Positions 1 to 9,100 of a stretch of DNA of 64,000 bases are shown here, in pieces. The DNA lies in contig NW_013657671.1 of assembly GCF_000142905.1 (NCBI RefSeq), forward strand, positions 124,001 through 188,000, in the 5' to 3' direction. How positions within the stretch are numbered: the first letter of the stretch is position 1; the number at the start of each line of letters is the position of its first letter. The notes beneath the pieces are model-generated. The model searched no databases and was not told the origin of the DNA. It saw only the letters and a list, made by a program, of their open reading frames with translations. This DNA is from Thecamonas trahens ATCC 50062 (lineage: Eukaryota; Protista; Apusomonadida). The translations under genes and the position numbers were made by a program.

Positions 1-2916
1 TTCGCCGCAGTGCCCGCAGGAACGCGTTGCTCAACAGCTCGTCGTCGTCCGAGTCTGAGCCGTTGTCGGACACATGATTGACGTCCTTGCCATCTTCGAG
101 ATCGTCGTCGAGCAGCCGCATGAGCGACGAGACGTCGACGTCGTCAGATGACGACGACACGACACCCGCGTCGACGTCGTCGGCCTCGGCATCGTCGTCA
201 AAGTCCTGCTCAAAGTCTTGTTCGTCCTCGACAGCCTGCTTGAAGATGTTGATGCCGTCGTACCACTGGACAATAGCACGGGTCTTGGACTTGATCCGCG
301 CCTGGACAGCCGCCGACGAAGAGAGTCGCATGATGTCGACGAGCGAGGCACGGAGCCGGAGCCAGGCCTGCTTGACCCGCGACCGGCCCGAGGTTCGGTC
401 GACCTGGTCGGTGAGAAAGGCCTCGCGGAACTCCTTTTCCAGCACCAGGATGGTGAGCTTGCGGAGTGCCGACGGATTGATCCAGTTGAGGAACTGGACA
501 AAGTCCTCGCGGTCGAGGTCGCGCGAGCCATTCGGCCCGTTCTTGGTGTACCCCGCCCGCCGCTCCGCAGGCGTGAGCTTGGGCAGAAAATGGTTGTAGT
601 GCGGGTGAAGGCGCCACTTGAACCGCTTGATGCGGATCTTGCCGCGAGCCGCGAGCACAACTGCGCCGTCGTTGAGCGAGGTGTCGGTGTAGTTGGGCGC
701 CGAGAAGACCGTTGTCACTGCCGGAAAGTCAAAGTCGGGCCCAGCCGCCGAGGCCTCGAACCCGTGTTTCTTCTGCTGGTGGGCGCGGACAATGCCGGTC
801 ACCGAGTTGATGCGCAGAAAGGCGTCGACAGCCGGCTTGCCAAAGTCGTGCACGTTCTTGCCGCGCGACGACGAGTGGAAGTACGACTGCCGATACCCGC
901 CTGGCGCCTTGCGCCGCGCCGACGAAAGCGCGGTGAGGTCCCACGACTCGGCCTGGTCGTCGTCCGACGCCGCAAGGTCGCGGTACGGGTCGGCCCAGAG
1001 CGTGTCCTTGAGCGGCCCGCTTTTAGGCGGCTCGCGGAACCGCGAGATGCCTTCGATGTGCCGGAGCTTGACCACCTGCGGGGAGATGCCGCCATGGACT
1101 GCCAGCAGCGAGTGTCCGCCAGTCCTCACCAGCGCTGCCAGCGGCAGCGCGTCAAACGTCTTCATCAGCTCGTGGTAGAGCTTCTTCTGGTACTTGCTCG
1201 TGATTTCCGCCATCGATCCGTACTTGCGTGTCGTCTTGCGCGACTCGTGGTTACCGCGGAGGAGCCAGACCCGCGATGGGTACCGGACCTTGGCCGCCAG
1301 CAGCAGAAGCGCCACCTCGGCCGAAAAGTACCCGCGGTCAACATAGTCGCCGAGGTATAGGTGCTGCCGCTTTGAAGTGCCAGGAAAGCCCGAGATCTTG
1401 AACATCTCCTGCAGGTCAAAGTACTGCCCGTGGATGTCGCCCATGATGGCCACCGGCTCTTTGAGCACCAGCAAGTTTGGCTCCGACTTGAGAATCGCCC
1501 GTGCCTGCCGCACAATCGTCAGCGCGTCGGCCTTGCGGAGCTTGCCCTCCCGCAGAAAGTGGGTGTAGATGTTGCGGAGCCGCGGCCGCCCGTCGGCGTC
1601 AAATGCTTTGCCGTGCATCAGCCGGTTGTGGTCGTGGAGGAAGAGGACAAAAACCGGGCGGCTGCCGTCGATTCCGATGCTACTGAGACGCTTCGACGAG
1701 CGCGGAACGTGGAAGCCGTCGTAGTAGAAGCGGAGGAGCGAGCCTGATGGGTGCTTGGCCATCTCGGCCACCGCCGTGCTGAACGCCTTCATCGTTGCGT
1801 TCGCCTTGACCGTCACCTCGTAGTACTCGTCGAGATAAAACGCGTCGACCGTGACGCGGATGCACCCGTCAGGCACCGACGACCGGCTGCTGTACGAGTA
1901 GCTGCTGCCCGCGGATCTGCTGCTCGACCCGCCCGACGAGTCCGTGCAAGTCTCGGACTCGGACTCGCTCGAGTCCGAGTCCGAGTCCGAGTCCGAATCC
2001 GACTCGCTGCTCGAGTGGCCGTCCACCCGCTGCTTGAGCAAGAGAAACAGGTTGTGCGTCGAGGCGCCGCTGTCAGAGGCCTCCTCGTCCGAGAGTTCGT
2101 ACATGGGTCCGGTGTAGCCCATGATGGTGCAAAACTCGGGAAAAGTGATGCCGCCGTCGTGATTGACATCTGCCACCGCAAGCATCGCCGCCTTGTCCTC
2201 CACCTCGAGCCCAATCTTGTTGAGCACCGCCTCGAGCTCCTCCACAGACACGCTGCCGTCGCCGTCGGCGTCAAACACCGCGTATGCATCGCGGAGCTCG
2301 CGGAGCTGCATCCGCTGCGCCGCATGGTGCATCGCCACAAAGTCGTCAAATGAAATGGCATCGTCCTTGCTCTTGCCCACCGTCTCCAGCAACGCCTGTG
2401 CGTCTGCCGCAGATGACGCTCCGCCCATTGCCGTCAGCAGCGCACGGACCTCGGCGCCCTCCAGGATTCCGTTTCCATTGCGATCTGCGGCATCGAACAC
2501 TGCCCGCATTCCCCGCAGCTCGCCCTCGCTCAGCTCGGGCTCCTCTCGGCTGCTTGCCTCGCTCCTAGAGCCCGATCCGGACCCAAACGACAGGCCCGAG
2601 TCCTCGTAGCCGGACTCGTAATCGGTGCCGGACTCGTAGTCCGAGTCTGACCCCGAGTCTGACCCCGAGTCCGACCTCGAGTCGGACCCCGAGTCTGATC
2701 CCGAGCTTGACTGCGACCGCTCGCCTTGCTCGCCTTGCTCGCCTTGCTCGCCTTGCCCGCCTTGCCCGCCTTGCTCGCCTTGCTCGCCTTGCCCTCGCCC
2801 TTGTCCCTGCTCGACCGCCGTCCGTGGCTCCGTGCCGTGTCCTTGGCCTCATCTGCAGACAGCTTTTCCCACCCATGTCTCCGAGAGACGGGTGTGTGTC
2901 CTTGAGCGTTGCCCAT
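1..2916 (-). CDS. Calmodulin-like EF-hand + ubiquitin/SUMO-like + calcineurin A (PP2B)-type Ser/Thr phosphatase fusion protein; 3' end runs off the window; apparent 1-nt frameshift near 2719
   Basis: I translated the minus-strand frame that stays open from about 2848 to position 2; it is absent from the ORF track because it has no stop in the window. It contains EF loops DRNGNGILEGAE, DADGDGSVSVEE and DVNHDGGITFPE, then PPP motifs GDIHG (~1430-1445), GDYVDRG, LRGNHE, HGG, RAHQ and FSAPNY. Calcineurin-specific segments are present: FDADGRPR..HFLREGKL and RFREPPKSGPLKDTLWADP. The likely N-terminus MGNAQG.. (ATG 2916) is in another frame; the first in-frame ATG is at 2509. Confidence 0.88.
2717..2802 (-). 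repeat. 9-bp coding tandem repeat (AAGGCGAGC)n encoding KAS/KAG
   Basis: About 8 direct copies of ctcgccttg/cccgccttg on the + strand. Confidence 0.85.
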
Positions 2917-3305
2917 ACTGCCCTATATCCGTATTCTCAGCCAGTCGAAGCTACCGACAAGTGTACTGCCTCGGATTGTCGGGCTGGGATAGCTCGTCGG
3001 GCTGGAGATAGCTCGCCGTCCGTCGCGATCGCGATGGAGATCACCACCGCCCTTTTCTCCACCTCGCCGGTTCCCGGAATACAGGACAGGTGGCTACGCC
3101 CCGAACACGGCCAGATGACCACCCCTGGCGTTCCAGCTACCAGTCATCCACGCTCTACGCCGCCGCCCATGCCCCCTTACTCGGAATCTCCCTCTCCCCT
3201 CCCTTTGCTGGCCAGTCCTCGCCCTCGTCGCCGGCGGAGCGTCGGGTTTACGGCCTTTTCCGGAATTCGGCAAGTGATCACACCACCAGCCACCACCCCT
3301 CCGCG

Positions 3306-4898
3306 ATGATGACTTCCACAGCGGACATCCGGGGCGTGGCCGAGACAGACTACGCCGCAGCCTTGGGCGTTGAGTGGCACAACGTCATCGCAGAGCTTGC
3401 GCCCGCACAGGCGGCACCCACCTACCCAGCCGACGACGCCGCCACGGTCATCAGCGCCATTGACACGGGCGCCGTCGACGCGGTCACCCACGCCATCGTC
3501 GACCTGCCGCGCCTCGGATGGGCGGCCGAGACGGCGCCATCCAGCACCCTCGGCATGTTTGCACGGGTCTTTTTCGCCGCCCTGCTTGCCGGCGAGTCCA
3601 ACGTCCCGCCGCTTGCTGGGCTTGCTGGCGGGGGCGAGCGGGCGGGATTGGCAGCACCGGGTACCGCCACCGTGACGGCGGCGCGACGGTTTGTGCTTTT
3701 GGCGGCTGAGGCCATTGCGCTCAAAGCAGAGGCGGCCGACGGCCACAAAGGCAAAAACCACGGATGGGTGGTGCTGAGCAAAGGCTTGCGGTCCGGATTT
3801 GTCGGCTCGGTCCAGCAGCTGCGCATCGCCGCGCTCTCGCACGCCACACTGCGCGCCTCACCGCCCGCCAGCGCCCGCGAAGAGTTGCTGCTCGCGCTGG
3901 CAGCGCTCGAGACGGAGCAGGAGGCGGACACCTGCACCGATGCATGGGTAACTGCTGGGAGGATGCTGCTTGCACTCGCGCCGCACCCGGGTCCTGAGCT
4001 CGATGGCGTGGCTGAGATGGCGGCGAGCCGCGGCCTGTGGCGCGGCCTGCGGCTGGCCATCAGCGTCGGGCGGGCAGGCCGACTGCACGTTGTCCATCCA
4101 ATTCGTGGCTCGGTCCTCCATGCCTTGGCCGCGGGCGGTGGCAGCCGCCGCCGCCCGCGGCCAAGGCCTGCCGCCGCCGAGCTCGAGCTTGCCGCCGCCA
4201 CCGTTGCGGTGCTCGAGGGGGTTGTGGCGCAGCGCGCTGGTCTCACCCCCAACGGCTGCAGCGTCATCGGCCATATGCTCTCGATGCAGCGTGGGTACGA
4301 CCGCGCGCGCCCAAGCATGCTCGCACGCGCAACGCGGTGCGCCACCGTCCGGGCACTGCTCGAGACCTGGGCGCACAAGACCGCGGCGGTGCCAGAAAGT
4401 GCGGCGCCCGAGCTCGGCGCCACCGCCGACGACGACCCGCTTACCCGCCAGCTGCAGGAGGCCTGGCTCCGGGTCCAGTCTGTCAACCGGAGTCTTGCCG
4501 GCCCGCTAGACCGCTTGCTGCTGCCGCGCAGCAAGCCCGAGCCGCCGCAGCTCTTTCCACGCCTCGGTGAGGTCGAGCCCGGCATGGTGGCCACCGAGCA
4601 GTGGCTTGCCATTCCGCTGGCCCAGCTCAAGACGGTTGTCGGCCGCAGCGGCCGGGTCATTCGCCCGCTGCAGCGGAGCCACGGCGTGGTGGTCCTCACC
4701 CCCGAACGCGACGCCGTCGTCTCGCCGCCGTCGCCAGCCGCCGCACCGACCCGCATCGTCGTTCTCGCCATCCTCGGCAGCGCACGCCGGGTCCGCAACG
4801 CCGCCGCAGAACTTGTCGGCCTTGCGCGCCGCGGTCAACGCCACGACCAGCACTTCCGCTCGCTGCGAGCAAGGACCGGCCAGCCGCGCACGCTCTAA
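3306..4898 (+). CDS. Hypothetical protein with a C-terminal type I KH domain
   Basis: ORF 3090-4898 with first ATG at 3306. C-terminal LAIPLAQLKTVVGRSGRVIRPLQRSHGVVV...LAILGSARRVRNAAAEL fits a KH fold with a GxxG loop (GRSG). Confidence 0.6.
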   Translation: MMTSTADIRGVAETDYAAALGVEWHNVIAELAPAQAAPTYPADDAATVISAIDTGAVDAVTHAIVDLPRLGWAAETAPSSTLGMFARVFFAALLAGESNVPPLAGLAGGGERAGLAAPGTATVTAARRFVLLAAEAIALKAEAADGHKGKNHGWVVLSKGLRSGFVGSVQQLRIAALSHATLRASPPASAREELLLALAALETEQEADTCTDAWVTAGRMLLALAPHPGPELDGVAEMAASRGLWRGLRLAISVGRAGRLHVVHPIRGSVLHALAAGGGSRRRPRPRPAAAELELAAATVAVLEGVVAQRAGLTPNGCSVIGHMLSMQRGYDRARPSMLARATRCATVRALLETWAHKTAAVPESAAPELGATADDDPLTRQLQEAWLRVQSVNRSLAGPLDRLLLPRSKPEPPQLFPRLGEVEPGMVATEQWLAIPLAQLKTVVGRSGRVIRPLQRSHGVVVLTPERDAVVSPPSPAAAPTRIVVLAILGSARRVRNAAAELVGLARRGQRHDQHFRSLRARTGQPRTL

Positions 4899-5701
4899 AC
4901 CATCTTGCCCTCCTGCGACATGCTGTCGCCGCGCAGCCGCGCCCAGAACACGCCCGCCAGCGCAAGAACAAGGCCCGAGACAAGGCCGACAGCAAAAAAC
5001 GCGAGCTTGGTTAGTATAGTGCATGCAAGCGAGGCATCGGCGGCGGCAACTTTTGCCAGTCGGGCATCAACGCGTCCGTCGCCCACAGGCTCGCCGGCCT
5101 TGCCGCCAGTCTGGGGCTTTGCTCCCAGCCGAAAGACCGGATTAGGCATGGCGGCAGCAAAGTCTGCGCCCTGCGACCAGGCGTGGAGGGCAGAAAGCGA
5201 GCGCGCGCCGCCGTAGGGGATAATGCGAGGGCCACGGACGAGGAAGAGAGTCGGATAGCCACGGACGCCAAAGGCGCGGCAGGTGGTGGCCGATCGGGTA
5301 CAGTCGATCTTGGCCACTCGCAGCTCGGGCGCGTCCTGCTTGGCTAGTGCCACCAGCACAGGCTCGAGCTCTTTGCAGTAGTGGCACCATGGGGCGTAGA
5401 ACTCGACCAGCGTCAGCGACTTGTCCGACAACAGCTCGCCAGCATCCGCATCGCTCATATGCACAATCTGCCCGTTCCCGCTCCCGCTTCCGCTTCCGCT
5501 CTTGACCGCGGCATTCCCAGCTTCCACGCCACCACTTGCCACACCATCGTCCGATTCGCCTCCTTCCACACTATCAACCACCATGCTGGCGTCGGCTGCT
5601 CGCCCGGCCTCAGCCACCGCCGGCTCAGCTGCGCAGAGAGCCACTGCCACTGCGAGCAAGCAGATGGTGGCTATAATGGTTGAGCTCAGGGGCAGGTGCA
5701 T
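4895..5701 (-). CDS. Thioredoxin-related transmembrane protein (TMX/PDI family, single Trx domain)
   Basis: Hydrophobic signal peptide after ATG 5701, LVEFYAPWCHYCKELEP active site, KIDCT...FGVRGYPTLFL, and a C-terminal TM helix (FFAVGLVSGLVLALAGVFW). Confidence 0.88.
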   Translation of the reverse strand: MHLPLSSTIIATICLLAVAVALCAAEPAVAEAGRAADASMVVDSVEGGESDDGVASGGVEAGNAAVKSGSGSGSGNGQIVHMSDADAGELLSDKSLTLVEFYAPWCHYCKELEPVLVALAKQDAPELRVAKIDCTRSATTCRAFGVRGYPTLFLVRGPRIIPYGGARSLSALHAWSQGADFAAAMPNPVFRLGAKPQTGGKAGEPVGDGRVDARLAKVAAADASLACTILTKLAFFAVGLVSGLVLALAGVFWARLRGDSMSQEGKMV

Positions 5702-6110
5702 GAAGAGGCGAGTAGGGGGTGGGGGTGAAGTGCCCAGCCCCACTCACTACTCCCCCTCCCCCCCCCCTCGCCCCTCCCTCCGGTTCCTGGCTGCGGCTGC
5801 CGACCGGGTGACCTCCCACCCACCCACACGGAAACTTGCCTCCACTACGATCCATGCCATGTATCACAGATCAAACCACAGCTATCATCACAAAATCCCA
5901 GCAGCTACCTAGTGATGTGCCTGTCTAGGCCATGTTCGCGATTTACGCTCCTGTGCTGCAGCAGAATATCGCGCTCATGTTGACTATGTCACCGCTATCG
6001 GATCTTCCTGATCGCCGCTTCTCGCAGACCTTGTCGTCACCCGAGTGATTCTGTGGAGAGGCTCGCGCAAGGCTCTGCGTGGACCACGTGTGCGCATAGA
6101 AAAAGTGAGT

Positions 6111-9100
6111 TTAACGCGAGAACGCCTCGGACGCCCAAGTCTTGTAGTCGTAGCCACCATCGACCTCGGGCATGACGGTCTTGAGGAACTCGACCTCCTC
6201 GGCCGGGAGCGCCTCGAGCATCTGGGCCTCGGTAATGACGTCGGCGCCGTTGGTGAGCTGCGAGAAGGCAGCCTCGATCTCCTCGAGCGAGTCGTGGTCG
6301 ACGGTTCGCGAGGAGACAAAGGCAAGGAACTCATCGAGCTCGATGAGCTTGTTGCCGTTTGCGTCGGTCTTGGACATGCAGGCCTCGAGCTCGTCATCGT
6401 CCATCTCATCGCCGAGCGCCTGGAGGGCGCCCTTGAACTCGAGCTTGGTGAGAGCGCCCTTGGACGACTTGTCAAAGTGCGAGAAGACCTGGGTGAACTC
6501 GTCGATCTGCTCGGGCGAGATCTCCGACGAGGCGGCGGCAGCGATCGACGACGAGATGTCCTGGACCTTGCCGGCGGCGACGGCGACAACCTGGTCGTAC
6601 TCGACGCGGAGGCCGTCAATGTTGTAGTTGGAGAGGGTGCGGATGCCGGCGGTGAGGAGGGCCTCGGCGGCGTTCTCGGCGGCAACGAGCTTCTCGCGGC
6701 CGGCGTTCTGGCACTCGTCAAGAATGGCCTTGGCAGCAGTCAGCTGGGCCTCCAGCTCACCCTCGGGCGGCTGGTTGAGCTCGGCCATCTTGGCCGACTG
6801 CCAGCCGTCGAGCTCGGTGGCTGCGGCGTCAAAGGCGTCGCGGAGCTTCTGGTCGCCCTCCTGCTTCGACTTGGCGGCCGCGAGCGCCTCGGCGCGCTCG
6901 TCGATCTTGCCGGTCGCAGCCTCCCACTTGGCCTGGACCTCGGCGACCGGGAAGCCGCCAAAGTCGTCCTGCCCGGCCTCAGTCAGCTGGGCCGCGAGCT
7001 CCTGGCACTTGGCGTACGCCGCCTCCTGCGCCTCGCGGTCGGCCACGGCGGCGTCAAACTCGGTCTGCTGCTCGGCCACGGCCTCGATGGTCTCGAGCTC
7101 CGAGAGCTCCTCCGACACGGCCTCCTCGAGGTTGTCGAGCCACACGTTGACGGCCTGGGCCGCCGACACGTAGTCGATGCGCAGCGTCTCGAGCCGCTCC
7201 TTCTCGGCCGACTCGGCAGCCTGGGCCGCCGCGCGCTCCGCCAGCGCCTTCTCGTCCTTAAGGTTCTCGATGGACGAGTTGACAATGGTGGTGTAGAGCG
7301 CCTTCTTCTTCTCCAGCTGCGACATCGAGTACTCGGTGTGCTTGTTGCCGGTCACACCCAGCGCCGAGACCTCGGCGTCGAGGGCCTCGACCGGGGCAAA
7401 GGCCTCGGCGAGCGGGGCGCCGTCGGCGTAGAGGGCCTCGGTCGCTGCGATGCGCGCGTCGATGTCCTCATCGTCGACCTCGTCGACGGCCTTGGTCTGG
7501 GCGTCGGCCCACTCGACAAAGGCCTGCGCAGCCTCGCCAAACTCGACGCACTTGGCCTCGATCTGGTTCTGCCGCTCGAGCTCGGCCTCGAGTGCCGTCC
7601 GCCGCGCCGCAATGGCCTCCACCAGCGAGGCGTGCTCGTTGGCGATGTCGTCGACCGTCACGTTGGTCGTCGCGGTCGTCCCGAGCTCCTCGAGCTTGGC
7701 CGCCGCCGCGAGCACCTCGTCACGCTTCGAGTCGTTCGAGCCTGAGACCTGCTCGTCGTCGGCATCGAGCGCCGCGGCGTACGCCTCGACCTCCTCGAGG
7801 TTCGAGCCAAACTCGTGGGTCGTCACCGTGTCGAGCATGTCGCGGACCCAGCGGATGTAGTCGGACGCGCCCTTGGCAAACGCCACACGGGCAGCCTCCT
7901 TGGCCTGCTCCGACTCGAGCGCAGCCTGCAGCGTCTCCTGCTTCTCGGCAGCCATGCCCGCGAGCGCCTCGAACCGCTCCGACGCCTCCTGTGCCTTGTC
8001 GTTGACAGCTTCGACCTCGGCGTACTCGAGCTCGGCGAGCTTGGCCGCCACGTCGAGGAGCTTGTCCTTGGCGGCAGCCTTCTTCTCGTAGTCCTTGTTA
8101 AAGGCGTCAAGCACCACAAGCTGAACCTGGGCAGCCGTCACCGAGCCGGTGGCGGCCTCGGCGCCGAGGTACTCCTCCTTGCGGTCGATCCAGCCGAGGA
8201 CCTCGGTTGCGTCGCCATCAAACTGGCGGACGAGCGAGGCAATCTGCTCCTGCCGGTCAAGCTCGGCCATGAGGGCCGTGCCGCGCGCCTCCTCGGCCGC
8301 CACCAGCGCCGCCCACTTGGAGCCGATCGTCTCGAGCGAGAACTCGGCCGGCGGCGCAAACGGCGGCCGGTTGTGCTCCGACGCGGAGAGGATGGTGTCG
8401 AGCTGCGAGGCAAGGGCCTCGATCTCGGTCTTGAGCCCGGCCTTGGCGCCCTTCTCGCCCGTCCGGTACGCGTTGAACTCGGCCACGCCAGCACGCGCGT
8501 CGTCAAGGCTCCCACCGCTCACCACCTCGACCTCGAGCTTGGGCGTTGTCTCGTCGATCCAGGCAACGAGCTCCTCAGCACGCGAGGTGTAGTCCTTCTT
8601 GAGCCGCTCCTCCTCCTCGAGCTCGTACAGGTAGTTGCGAACGTACACCTTGTGGTGTCCGAGCTTCCCGCGGAGCTGCGCAAGCGTCAGCGTCGTGTGC
8701 GGGTTCGAGGTGATCCGCAGCGCGCGCGCCTCGGCGTCAATCGCCGCAACCTTGGCCAGCTCGGCCTCGGCCGGCTCGCCCGCCGCGTACTCGGCCTTGA
8801 CGGCCTCGGCCACCGCGTCCGGCTCTCCCTCGGCCGCGTCGACCGTGGTCCGCTGCGCGCCGAGGTAGTCGACAAACGCCTGCGCGGCCTCGGCAAACTC
8901 GATGCGCTTCGCTTCCATCGCCTCCTGGCGCTCGAGCTCGGCCGCATACGCCTCGCGCCGCGCCTCGATCGCTGCGTCCACAGACGCGCCGGCGGCCACT
9001 GTGTCGTCGACAGTCAGCGGCGTGTACTTGTTGTCGGTCACACCAAGCTCAGCAAGCTCGGCAGCCACGGCCTGGATGGCCTCCAGCTGCTCCGTCGACT

